Part shown: positions 39,668-49,048 of the stretch, one piece after another
Layout: the number at the start of each line of letters is the position of its first letter
Position numbering within the stretch: position 1 is the stretch's first letter
Source of the DNA: a virus
Lineage: Duplodnaviria > Caudoviricetes
Direction: 5' to 3' (one strand)
DNA: 53,179 nt
IMG/VR virus record: IMGVR_UViG_3300032053_000105
Span: 1-53,179 of that record
Position numbers and translations under genes: made by a program
Notes under the pieces: generated by a model
Databases searched by the model: none
Told to the model about the DNA's origin: nothing
Seen by the model: the letters and a program-made list of their open reading frames with translations, nothing else

Positions 39668-40184
39668 AGAAAAAGTCCTCAAAATTCTTGGCAAACCCGA
39701 ACTCCTTGAATTGACCGAGATAAAAGAACTTTTACAGGAACTCATAAAAAAGGAAGTAGTAGAGCGTAAAGTTATTACTCGAGAAACTTTACCTGATTTG
39801 ACATCGGTTATTAAAAAACTCGATGAGATTTTGAATAAAGAACCTTTGAAAATCGAACAAAAAAATGTGCATTTCCCCGTAGTCATGAAAACAAAAGTAA
39901 CTAATTTCCCTGATAAACCCGTTAAAGTCGAGGTAACAAATAATCCTGAGATAGACTGGTTTAAACCTTTTAAATGGCTCTGGGATAATTTGGAGAAAAT
40001 TTTAACGCCATCATTAAATAAGATCATCTCCCTAATTAGCGAACCAGATAAGACAGAAATAAATCGCACTGGTTACGGCTATATCCAAAGTATCACTGAT
40101 CATTACGGTAATCGAAAGGTTACTTATCAGATTGAGCGAAATGATACCAATAAAATAAAATCGGTCATAAGAAGTGAAAAATGA
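39627..40184 (+). CDS. Hypothetical structural-region protein
   Basis: SD AAGGAG; KVTNFP/EVTNNP. Confidence 0.7.
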   Translation: MDQKPDKEKLKKYREKVLKILGKPELLELTEIKELLQELIKKEVVERKVITRETLPDLTSVIKKLDEILNKEPLKIEQKNVHFPVVMKTKVTNFPDKPVKVEVTNNPEIDWFKPFKWLWDNLEKILTPSLNKIISLISEPDKTEINRTGYGYIQSITDHYGNRKVTYQIERNDTNKIKSVIRSEK

Positions 40185-43100
40185 ACGGCAAAACACTCAA
40201 AGAACATGAATTAGAACATGACATACTGGGCGTTACTGAAGAAATTGGTAAGGCTAAATTTTTGGGTGGTGGCGGAGGGGCTGGAAGCAATGCTTCTGAA
40301 ACCGACCCTATCGTCGGTGCTGTTAATGGAATAGTAAAAGCTGACGGGGCGGGGAATATCTCGGTTGCAAGTGATGGGACAGATTATCTTTCCCCAATTA
40401 CTGGGTTAAAACTCGACCAAACTACTCCGCAGAATGTTACAGGCGGTCAACCAGACTTTAACGCAGGACTTCGTGCAGGTTCTACTGACCAATTAAGCAT
40501 AGACGCTTCAGGAAATCTCACCACCACAGGCACAGGTTCATTTAATTCTGTAGTAATCCCAACTGTCTTTACCGCAATGACCGAGCCATCTGGATTTGTG
40601 GATAGGACGGCGACTTTAAGTTTTGTGGATGCCACGAGAGTCTTCACTATTACGGGTAATCACGATATTTATATCAACGGGGTAAAGACAACCAAAGGAA
40701 CTGCCTCAATTACCATAAATGACGCAACAGGAATGAATTGGATTTACTATAATGCTTCAGGAGTCTTATCACAGGCGACTTCTATCCCCTCTTTTTCTCT
40801 GCCTTTGATAGCAACACTTTATTACAACACGGTAACCGACAAAGGGCTTTTAGGCGAGGAACGCCACGGTATCAAAATGGATGGAGATACCCACCATTTA
40901 ATGCACAATACCGTAGGAGTAAGATATGAAAGTGGACTTGCGGGGACTTTTGCCGATACTACATTTTCAATCGCATTAGGCAAAATAGATGACGAAGATT
41001 TAGAACACACTATCACCCCAGCACAGACGACCTGTAATGTCTTATACAAAGATGGTGCGGCAGATTTTAAGTGGCTTGCTGGACAGACGGTTTATTATTA
41101 TACTTCTGGTGGAAATCTTTATTATAATAATGGAAATACTTTAACTGCTTTAGGTGCTAATAAGTATATGGCGGTATGGATATTTGCCACTAACGATACG
41201 ACCACACCGATAGTTTCATTAATAGGGCAGAGAACAGATGATAATATAGCCGATGCGAGAGCAAATAATAAATATGAGAGTTTAACTCTTGGAACTTTAC
41301 CATTTCAAGAGATGAAACTTCTTTACAGGGTAATATTAAGAAACGACGCAACGCCCTATGAAGAAGCACAGGACTTAAGGAATATCTCTAACTTACCAGC
41401 AGGAACTTATGTCGCTACCGACCACGGAGTATTGACAGGTTTGGGCGATGACGACCACGCTCAATACTGGGCAGATACTACCATAGGAACAAGGACAACA
41501 AACTATGCCACCACAGGAAGCCTAAGTGCGGGGGCGATAACAGGAACTTCATTTATACTCGGTGTGAATACAATGGATGCTGATGTATTTACTTTATCTC
41601 TCCCTGCCAATACTACAATTTCAACTTTTGGAGCTTCCTTGATTGATGATGCCGCCGCCGCTAATGTGATTGCTACTTTAGGTTTAGACGCAGACATTGC
41701 TACCCTATCTTTACCAGCTTCTACGACTATCACCGCCGCCGCCGCTACAATTCTTGATGATACAACGGTGGGAGCGATAGCGACGACTTTAGGTTTGGGG
41801 ACTACTGATAATCCTACTTTTGGACATTTACACCTCAACGACGACACAAACCAAATAGTCTTAAATGCTGACGGCGGAGTAGCGGCTCTTACTTTGACAG
41901 GGGCTTCTGTCACTTCAGCGAAAACGATAACTTTCCCTAACTTTACTGGAACGGTCTATGTTTCAAGTGGAACCGATGTCGCTGTCGCTGATGGCGGAAC
42001 GAATCTTTCAACGATTGCCGATGGTTCTGTTTTAGCCACCAATGCGGTAGATGTATTATCGGCTATCACTTGGCATTCCGCTGGCACTAAAGTATTGACC
42101 AACACTTCGGGAACGATAAGTTGGGAAACGGCATCTGCTGGTGGTCTTGCCGACGGCGACTATGGCGACATCACGGTGGGTGGCACGGGGACGACTATGA
42201 CTATAGATGTTGAAGCCGTTACCTACGCCAAAATGCAACACATCTCGGCCACAGATAAGTTATTAGGCAGAGTATCTGCTTTAGCGGGTGATGTCGAAGA
42301 AGTAACCTGCACGGATTTTGCTCAATCAATTTTAGACGACGCTGCTGCTGTTAATGTTATTGCTACACTTGGTTTAGATGCAGATATTGCGACTCTTTCT
42401 CTCCCTGCCTCCACCACTATCACCGCCGCCGCCGCTACAATTCTTGATGATGTCAGTGTTGCGGCAATAGCCACTACTTTGGGATTGGGGACGGCTGATA
42501 GTCCGCAATTCGCCACTATTGAACTCGGAGCGGCAACGGACACAACTATCGCTCGTGTGTCGGCTGGAGTGGTTTCTATTGAGGGAAAGAATATTTATCT
42601 GGCTGGCGGAGCAGATGTCGTTGTCGCTGACGGCGGAACTAATAAGAGTTCTTGGACACAATACGCTATCCCTTACGCTTCAACAACTACTGTTTTATCA
42701 GAAATCGCTATCGGAGCGGCAGGTAAAGTATTAGCTGTTGCCGCTGGAGCGACGGGATATGAGTGGGCTTCAATGCTTACCAACCCAATGACGGCTGTCG
42801 GAGATATTATTTACGGCGGAGCGTCTGGTGTGCCGACAAGATTAGCCGATGTTGCTGTGGGTTCTGTCTTGGTTTCTGGCGGAGTAACGACTGCCCCTGC
42901 GTGGTCAAGTAGTCCGACTATAGGTGGAAACCTGACGGTCAGCGGCGAACTGCTCGGAGCGAGAGAATCATTTGTTTTAAGTAATGCGACAGGTGGCAGT
43001 GGGGCAATTATTTACTTTAAAGCGGGCGAAATAACGATGACAGCCACAAAAGGACTTTTAATGCCGAGAGCGGGTTCTATTGTTGGTATTTCTCTCCAGT

Positions 43101-43345
43101 ATGACATTACCGCCGACAACGTCGCTGCTATGGCTCTGGAAGTTTATAAAGACGGAGTAAGCGTCTGGAGTAATACTTTAAGTCACACTGTCGCCGCAGA
43201 CAAAGAAGCATATTTTACACAGGCAAGAAATACAGACACTTTTACGGCAGGTCAGGTCTTAACGGTGGGGGTAACACAGGGTGGAGGTGCTAAATCATCT
43301 TGGGATGATGGAATATGTGTGCTTGAGGTGGTATTTGATTCATAA
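40181..43345 (+). CDS. Fibre-like virion protein, Thr/Ala/Gly-rich with internal repeats
   Basis: 1054 aa; VADGGTN and LDADIATLSLPASTTIT repeats. Confidence 0.8.
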   Translation: MNGKTLKEHELEHDILGVTEEIGKAKFLGGGGGAGSNASETDPIVGAVNGIVKADGAGNISVASDGTDYLSPITGLKLDQTTPQNVTGGQPDFNAGLRAGSTDQLSIDASGNLTTTGTGSFNSVVIPTVFTAMTEPSGFVDRTATLSFVDATRVFTITGNHDIYINGVKTTKGTASITINDATGMNWIYYNASGVLSQATSIPSFSLPLIATLYYNTVTDKGLLGEERHGIKMDGDTHHLMHNTVGVRYESGLAGTFADTTFSIALGKIDDEDLEHTITPAQTTCNVLYKDGAADFKWLAGQTVYYYTSGGNLYYNNGNTLTALGANKYMAVWIFATNDTTTPIVSLIGQRTDDNIADARANNKYESLTLGTLPFQEMKLLYRVILRNDATPYEEAQDLRNISNLPAGTYVATDHGVLTGLGDDDHAQYWADTTIGTRTTNYATTGSLSAGAITGTSFILGVNTMDADVFTLSLPANTTISTFGASLIDDAAAANVIATLGLDADIATLSLPASTTITAAAATILDDTTVGAIATTLGLGTTDNPTFGHLHLNDDTNQIVLNADGGVAALTLTGASVTSAKTITFPNFTGTVYVSSGTDVAVADGGTNLSTIADGSVLATNAVDVLSAITWHSAGTKVLTNTSGTISWETASAGGLADGDYGDITVGGTGTTMTIDVEAVTYAKMQHISATDKLLGRVSALAGDVEEVTCTDFAQSILDDAAAVNVIATLGLDADIATLSLPASTTITAAAATILDDVSVAAIATTLGLGTADSPQFATIELGAATDTTIARVSAGVVSIEGKNIYLAGGADVVVADGGTNKSSWTQYAIPYASTTTVLSEIAIGAAGKVLAVAAGATGYEWASMLTNPMTAVGDIIYGGASGVPTRLADVAVGSVLVSGGVTTAPAWSSSPTIGGNLTVSGELLGARESFVLSNATGGSGAIIYFKAGEITMTATKGLLMPRAGSIVGISLQYDITADNVAAMALEVYKDGVSVWSNTLSHTVAADKEAYFTQARNTDTFTAGQVLTVGVTQGGGAKSSWDDGICVLEVVFDS

Positions 43346-43362
43346 AATAGAAAGGAAATAAA

Positions 43363-43560
43363 ATGTTAAATCTTGAAGAAAAGAAAATTAAGTTAGACGA
43401 ATTCTTGGCTAAAAAGAAAACAGCAGACGACCAATCGGCTCTTTTGAATCGGGCGATTGATGTTTTACAAAAAGAAATTAACCAAGAAGAAAACCCGCCC
43501 GTAAAAGCCGAAGTGTTGGTGGCGGAGGCGGAAGCAATAGCAAAAGAAATAATTAAATAA
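43363..43560 (+). CDS. Small coiled-coil protein
   Basis: SD; helical composition. Confidence 0.65.
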   Translation: MLNLEEKKIKLDEFLAKKKTADDQSALLNRAIDVLQKEINQEENPPVKAEVLVAEAEAIAKEIIK

Positions 43561-43571
43561 TTGGAGGAAAA

Positions 43572-43916
43572 ATGAAATTACGGATCAACGAGCGAATCAA
43601 TCTTTTGGAATTACTGCCAAAAGAGAACGACTTTCTGACGATGAAAAAGATTAGTGAATTAGCGGAGAGACTAAACTTTACCGATGAGGAAGTGAAACAG
43701 TATGAGATTAAAGTGAGTCCCGCACAGATGGGTGGTCGGTGGACTTGGAACAAAAAAGGTCAAGATTACAAAGCAGACATTGAGATTGGCGAGATTGGCG
43801 AAAAAGAAATCGTGGAAGCATTAAAGAAAAAGAACGAAGAAAAACAACTAAAAGCATTTGAAGTTTCGCTCTATGAGAAATTTGTAGAAAAGAACTTCGA
43901 GGAAGAAAAAAAATGA
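43572..43916 (+). CDS. Hypothetical protein (possible fibre chaperone)
   Basis: SD GGAGG; position after fibre. Confidence 0.65.
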   Translation: MKLRINERINLLELLPKENDFLTMKKISELAERLNFTDEEVKQYEIKVSPAQMGGRWTWNKKGQDYKADIEIGEIGEKEIVEALKKKNEEKQLKAFEVSLYEKFVEKNFEEEKK

Positions 43917-44179
43917 AAGGGGCAGTGTTGGATAAAGTATCTCGATCCGAGTTTGAAGAACATTGTGTCGCAAATCTTAAAACCGATCATAAATTAGACA
44001 GACTAATGCCTCTGGCAGAGTTGATTCCGACTCTTAGAAGGATCGCAGAGGACGAGCAGAGCAAGCGCTGGCTGGCTAAAAGAATCGTTAGTTTTCTTAA
44101 AATTACAGCGATCATTATTGGTTCAACGGTGGCTGTGATTGGAATCGTATGGCAGCTTATAAAAGAAATAAGAAAGTAA
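43913..44179 (+). CDS. Membrane protein, holin/antiholin-like
   Basis: C-terminal TM; precedes endolysin. Confidence 0.6.
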   Translation: MKGAVLDKVSRSEFEEHCVANLKTDHKLDRLMPLAELIPTLRRIAEDEQSKRWLAKRIVSFLKITAIIIGSTVAVIGIVWQLIKEIRK

Positions 44180-44192
44180 CATAGGAGGAATT

Positions 44193-44600
44193 ATGTTTCC
44201 TTTAAGAAAAAGAATTGTCATCAGGGGTTGCCAAGCTCACATTAACGCTGGTCTTGGCTGTGCCACCGATTACAAAACTCAAGGAATCTGGATTGGTGAT
44301 TTACCGTTTTGGAGCAAAAAGAAATTAAGAGCACCTTTTTCGGGTAGCGTTCTGGCACTTCCCGACGATTACGATCCAAGAGGCGGAAAATGGTTGAGAT
44401 TGACTCGCAGTAACGGTGACAAGATTGAATTTTCTCACCTTGATCGTAGATTTGTCGGCAACAGGATTAAAACGGTCAAACAAGGACAGTTGATGGCTTA
44501 CACTGGTAATACGGGAACTTTGACAACGGGTGCGCATTTACATTTACAGGTCAAAAATAGAGCGGGTTTGCGTTTGAATCCTGAAAATTACAGGTGGTAA
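44193..44600 (+). CDS. M23 peptidase (endolysin candidate)
   Basis: APFSG, FSHL, TGNTG..TGAHLH. Confidence 0.88.
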   Translation: MFPLRKRIVIRGCQAHINAGLGCATDYKTQGIWIGDLPFWSKKKLRAPFSGSVLALPDDYDPRGGKWLRLTRSNGDKIEFSHLDRRFVGNRIKTVKQGQLMAYTGNTGTLTTGAHLHLQVKNRAGLRLNPENYRW

Positions 44601-44602
44601 AT

Positions 44603-44861
44603 ATGTTCTGGGACAAGCTTTGTGTTTATTTATTCATTTTAATGGCAATCATTGTATTGGCAATGTGGGTGGGTTTATGTACAACGATCTAAAACCTATC
44701 ATCTGGGTAGCTATTCTTTTAATGGCTACCTTAATGATGGGTTACTTCTATTCCCACTCTTGGCTATAGGAGGTGAGATGGTACTGGGATTGGTCGCCTT
44801 TCTGGTTTGTATCGGACTGCTGATGCTTATCAAGTGGCATCTGGACAGGAGATTTCTATGA
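44603..44861 (+). CDS. Three tandem single-TM micropeptide ORFs (44603-44692, 44677-44769, 44778-44861)
   Basis: Each 27-30 aa hydrophobic; third has SD GGAGGTG. Confidence 0.5.
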
Positions 44862-45040
44862 AGGCAACCTACGAGTTCCTCTGTCCCCGCTGTAAGACTT
44901 CACTCTTCCGCACAGGCGGAACGCCCGAACGACTGGAAGTGCGTTGTCCTTTGTGCAGACACTGCTACATTGTCCTTGCACCGCAAGTGCTGGACACTCC
45001 CAATCCAAGGGGAGGCGACAATGAGTCCCAAGTGGCGTAA
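44858..45040 (+). CDS. Second Com-like zinc-ribbon protein
   Basis: CPRCKTSLF...LEVRCPLC; SD AGGAG. Confidence 0.65.
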   Translation: MKATYEFLCPRCKTSLFRTGGTPERLEVRCPLCRHCYIVLAPQVLDTPNPRGGDNESQVA

Positions 45041-45242
45041 GTGGTTGCGAAAGCGACGAGCGAGGAGGTGATCCACAATCTAACGGGGAGAGGGAACTGA
45101 GCGGCAGCTACTTATGTAGCACACAAACAAGCGAAGCCCCCTCCCCCATTCTTTACGAATAAAGCGGGATCGACCGCTTTAGAATATAAACAGGCTGGCG
45201 GGGAAACTGCCCTTGCCAGCCAGAAATTAATCAAGGAGTATT

Positions 45243-45431
45243 ATGTTAGAAAAAATTAAAACTCTTTTAGGATCAATCCGATTTTGGCTTATTACTATCG
45301 CTTGGTTGGGTGTGTATTTAGCAGTAGTTGAAAAGAGCGGTTTCCAACTTCCAGAATTATTTACTCAAATCGGTATTTGGCTTGGAAGTATTGCGACGGT
45401 AGGAACGGTTGACAAGTTTAGTAAAAAGTAG
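45243..45431 (+). CDS. Holin-like two-TM protein
   Basis: SIRFW, two TMs, basic C-terminus. Confidence 0.7.
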   Translation: MLEKIKTLLGSIRFWLITIAWLGVYLAVVEKSGFQLPELFTQIGIWLGSIATVGTVDKFSKK

Positions 45432-45593
45432 TCCAAAACCCTTGACAAAGACAGACCTTTTGTGTTAGTATATTGTCAAAGAGAGTTTTAGGTCTCTCTG
45501 AATCTAAACCGAAATAGAGTTCCGAGCATAGAAGCCAGAACTCTATTTTTGGTTAAATTCGTGCCTAAAATTAAATTATCTTCCCTAAAACTA

Positions 45594-45622
45594 TTTACAA
45601 ATAAAAAGGGATTTGTTATAAT
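45594..45622 (+). promoter_or_regulatory. Sigma70-type promoter with extended -10
   Basis: TTTACA-17nt-TATAAT, TGn. Confidence 0.7.
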
Positions 45623-45780
45623 GAATTTATGAAGAATAAAAAACTTGATTTACAATTGTATGAAAGTTTAGTATTCTCATCCAATAATGAGCCCGTGATT
45701 TATATCTGGGCTCATTTTGGTTCTCACAAATAAATTAGAGAAAAAGGAGTTTAAGGTAATCTCCAAAGAATAAAATACCT

Positions 45781-45896
45781 TCAGTAGACTAATAGTATAC
45801 GACCTGTGTCCTAATCCTATCGTGAGATAGAAAAAAAACCAGGCAACGGTTATTCCACCCAGATCGCAGAGGTGCGATAGTTAGTCTAAATACTGA
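45781..45896 (+). ncRNA. Putative multi-stem ncRNA
   Basis: TCAGTA/TACTGA and GACTAA/TTAGTC closing stems; CTATC-GTGA-GATAG; ATCGCA/TGCGAT. Confidence 0.5.
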
Positions 45897-46122
45897 TTTT
45901 TGATCTCCATTTTTAGACAGTTAATATTACCTATTAGTATTAGGTAAGAAGGGTGTATGACAATAGAAGAAGCTAAACAAATTCAATGGGAACGGTTTGC
46001 TAACGGTGAATTGTCTGTGGATAACTATATCAAGAATATTAATTTTATTTATAAAAGAGCGAAAAGAAATAAAGAAAATACGATAAATCGAGCCTAAATT
46101 TAAATTATCTTTCCCAAAACAC

Positions 46123-46151
46123 TGGACAAATAAAATCGTATAATATATAAT
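46123..46151 (+). promoter_or_regulatory. Probable early promoter
   Basis: TGGACA-17nt-TATAAT; upstream 29 nt nearly duplicates 45563-45591. Confidence 0.65.
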
Positions 46152-46165
46152 ATAATTAATATATA

Positions 46166-46887
46166 AAAGGTTGGGGATAACTTTGCTTTTTAACAATCCG
46201 GCAGGAAATTGAGAGAGAGGAGAAAATATGAAAGTCATTGCTTGCGAAAGCGTTTTGGTGAAAGCGGAAAAATTAACACACAGCGAAAGAGGGACACGAG
46301 AAGTTTGGATTTCAGTAAATGTAAATGATGTCAAAGAGGTAATATGAAATATGGAACTTGGACGACAATTGATGCCCCGACAAAAAAACAAGGTGAGGCT
46401 TTTGTATGGTTGAAAAAGCAATTTGATAAAATAGATGGCAAAGTGAGAATCCTGAATAATCCGCACGACTTCGGACCATATCAGAGTTTCGAGGTGGACT
46501 ATCCAGTAGATATGGAAAATGTAGAAGATGATGATGGCTCTAAAGATTATATTAAAGAAGAATGGTTAGTGAAAGAGGAATGGATTGAGAAGGCAAATAA
46601 TATAGAGACAGATTACAATAAAAAATTTAACAAATATTTGTGATAATATGAAAACATTTAAAGTTTCTATTAAAAGTCATTGCGATTATCCTACTTATGA
46701 AGATACTTGTCAGGCAAAAGATAAAGATGAAGCAATAGTAAAGTTTTTAAAAATAATTCTCAATTAAGCCACTCAGAGGCTTCTCTTAGCTGAGAGGCGA
46801 GAGAAGCCTTTAATCCTGCCGGGTTGTTAGAAAGTAAAGGGAGGGGGCGGATCAATCAACGCCATTCTAAAGGTTGGGGATAACTTT
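46166..46887 (+). repeat. 19-bp direct repeat AAAGGTTGGGGATAACTTT (46166-46184, 46869-46887) and 26-nt inverted repeat (46181-46206 / 46814-46839)
   Basis: Read directly. Confidence 0.9.
46344..46643 (+). CDS. Hypothetical acidic protein
   Basis: SD GAGG; NPHDFGPYQSFE. Confidence 0.75.
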   Translation: MKYGTWTTIDAPTKKQGEAFVWLKKQFDKIDGKVRILNNPHDFGPYQSFEVDYPVDMENVEDDDGSKDYIKEEWLVKEEWIEKANNIETDYNKKFNKYL

Positions 46888-46898
46888 TGAAGGAAAAT

Positions 46899-47057
46899 AT
46901 GAAACTTTATACATTTATAGGAATTAATATCCAAAATCATAATATAAAAGATATTGATCGATTTATTAAAGACAGTCGAGGAATATTTAGAAATAGAACT
47001 CATTTTTTCGAGGTAGCGGCGATGGAATATATAAAAAATAAAAAAGGAGGAGTATGA
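46899..47057 (+). CDS. Ribbon-helix-helix (CopG/Arc-like) regulator, putative (52 aa, not in track)
   Basis: IGINI strand, IKDIDRFI helix, FRNRTHFFEVAAMEYI helix. Confidence 0.55.
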   Translation: MKLYTFIGINIQNHNIKDIDRFIKDSRGIFRNRTHFFEVAAMEYIKNKKGGV

Positions 47058-47463
47058 ACATCGGATTGACGGTTTTCTTGACCGCTTTCGGTTTATTCGC
47101 AATTTGGGGGATTTGGAAGACGATTAAAGAGGAAAAGTTGGAGGACTATGCCAAATGGTATAGAGATACTCACGAAGTGTGACTGGTGCCATAAGGCGGT
47201 GAAAAGAATTGAAAAGTATGTTGATTTGCAAGGTGAGGTTCATCGAATATGTAAAGACTGTGAGGATTATGCTGATGAGACGAAAGTATTAGAGGCAAAT
47301 AATTTTTAAAAGGAGGGTTTATGTGGTCAAAAGCAAAAGAGATCTACTTCGGAAGAATTATATCTCAGGTCGATCAGAGACTGGTCGCCAAACATATTAT
47401 TAAGTATGTGGCTGGCGATCAAGCGGAAGAAATAGAAAAAGAATTAAATATTGACGAGGAAAA

Positions 47464-47919
47464 ATGAAAGTAAAAATTGTTGAACCAAAAGAGTGGACAA
47501 CTAAAACGGGAAAGAAAAAAGTACTTTTTAAAGACGGGAGTGGTAATATGCTTGATAGTTGGGATTTAGGGCTTTTAAAAATGGTAAATCAAGAAATTGA
47601 AGGAAACTTATCAAGCCGGGAATATAATGGAAAGACATATACGACCTTTACGCCATCAGAAGAAAAAAAGATTAAAGAGGAAATTCCAGAACCTATAAAA
47701 ACCCAAGAACCGTCAAAAGTACCATCGGAAGTTTGGGAAGCCAAAGATAAAAGAATGGTGAGAATGCATACCCAAAAAGTAGCCGGTGAGATAGTTAGTG
47801 ATTGGTTACAGGCAGATATGTGGACCAAAGAAACCAAAACCGCTGAAGAGATTGTTAAAAGAATTAAAGCGATTGCTCACGAATTAGAGGATGATGTATA
47901 TAGAAAAGAAATGGAATAA
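47464..47919 (+). CDS. Hypothetical protein, possible OB-fold ssDNA-binding/recombination protein
   Basis: Beta-rich N-terminus, linker, KDKRMVRMH helical domain. Confidence 0.5.
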   Translation: MKVKIVEPKEWTTKTGKKKVLFKDGSGNMLDSWDLGLLKMVNQEIEGNLSSREYNGKTYTTFTPSEEKKIKEEIPEPIKTQEPSKVPSEVWEAKDKRMVRMHTQKVAGEIVSDWLQADMWTKETKTAEEIVKRIKAIAHELEDDVYRKEME

Positions 47920-47920
47920 T

Positions 47921-48259
47921 ATGGAATACCAAGAATATACAATGCCCAAGATAACTAATCGTTTAATTGAATTGCCTGCTTCTATTGCTAAATCTGAATA
48001 TGATTGGGAAATAGAAAAGATTGAATTAGAAACATTAGAGGCAGATTTAATTAATGAAATTGATAATACTATTTACAAGAATGCCGAGATGCGTCAAGCA
48101 TTTATAAATAGTAATGCAGGATATTTGATACAAGCAAAAAAAGTAGTTAAATTGAGGGTTGAATATCATAAATTAATTAACGAAAAAGATTGTCTATTCG
48201 AGATTGCCCGAAACAAAAGAGCTGAAATGAAATCTCAAATAGATAGTATTAAGGAATAG
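47921..48259 (+). CDS. Coiled-coil hypothetical protein (UvsY-like possible)
   Basis: Helical; KNAEMRQAFI. Confidence 0.5.
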   Translation: MEYQEYTMPKITNRLIELPASIAKSEYDWEIEKIELETLEADLINEIDNTIYKNAEMRQAFINSNAGYLIQAKKVVKLRVEYHKLINEKDCLFEIARNKRAEMKSQIDSIKE

Positions 48260-48260
48260 T

Positions 48261-48461
48261 ATGGAAGTGATCTTAGTAAATATCGCCATTGCCATTCTCT
48301 GTTATGTAATGGCAGAACACAGAGGTCGTGAGAAATGGTTGGGTTTTGCTTCTGGGTTGTTATTTGGTTTATTTACGGTTATCTATTACTGGATTGTCGG
48401 AGATACACGAGAATTAAGGATTCAAAAGGCAAAAGAATTAGTAAAATTAATTAAGGAATAA
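48261..48461 (+). CDS. Small membrane protein
   Basis: TM-AEHRGR-TM pattern. Confidence 0.7.
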   Translation: MEVILVNIAIAILCYVMAEHRGREKWLGFASGLLFGLFTVIYYWIVGDTRELRIQKAKELVKLIKE

Positions 48462-48619
48462 TATGGAATTGTGGGACTTTTTAGGTATCTACGGCGTAAT
48501 CGGTTTGACTTTTATGGCAGTTACGGGTTGGGTTTTATACCTAAAAAAATAATTAGTCAGGGTGGCACACCTCACATTAAGGGGCGAGTGCCACCCAAGA
48601 CTAAATCAAAGGAGAGAAA

Positions 48620-48955
48620 ATGGGGATTTTCAAAAGATTTTGGGGGATGCCAGTTGAGGAAATATTGGATAATGGTAAAATTATTTGGAAAGTAATCATT
48701 GTCAGACCTTTTATTCGTAAAGATAAAGAACCGATGTTTGGTTTAAATTATAGATTATTAGATAAAGCAATTAACGCTAACGCAACCTTACAAGTTGAAT
48801 TTCAGGATAGAGATGTTATTTTAAGAATAAGTCCATTAGAGATTGTGGGTTATAAAGAAATACATAAAGAACCTTCGAAGTTATATCCAGGAACGACCTT
48901 TAACATATTTTTATACCCGATACCAAAAGACGAGATCGGGAATTTACCTCGATAG
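48620..48955 (+). CDS. Hypothetical protein
   Basis: SD AAGGAG. Confidence 0.7.
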   Translation: MGIFKRFWGMPVEEILDNGKIIWKVIIVRPFIRKDKEPMFGLNYRLLDKAINANATLQVEFQDRDVILRISPLEIVGYKEIHKEPSKLYPGTTFNIFLYPIPKDEIGNLPR

Positions 48956-49048
48956 CAGACGCCTTCTTGAGTTTGAGTCCCTCCTTTTTCTCAAGAAGTG
49001 GTACTTGTCTGCTATCAGGGTGAGTTAAAGATAATTTACGAGGTTTAT

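Noticed and set aside
41641-42510. DGR TR/VR pair in the fibre gene
   Set aside because: Both copies are coding and differences are mostly synonymous third positions, not adenine-specific
44652-44777. 5' part of the 69-aa track ORF
   Set aside because: Better explained by two TM micropeptides in other frames and an SD-backed ATG at 44778
48471-48695. 74-aa track ORF
   Set aside because: Runs through a hairpin; the junction repeat supports a 29-aa TM ORF at 48463-48552 instead
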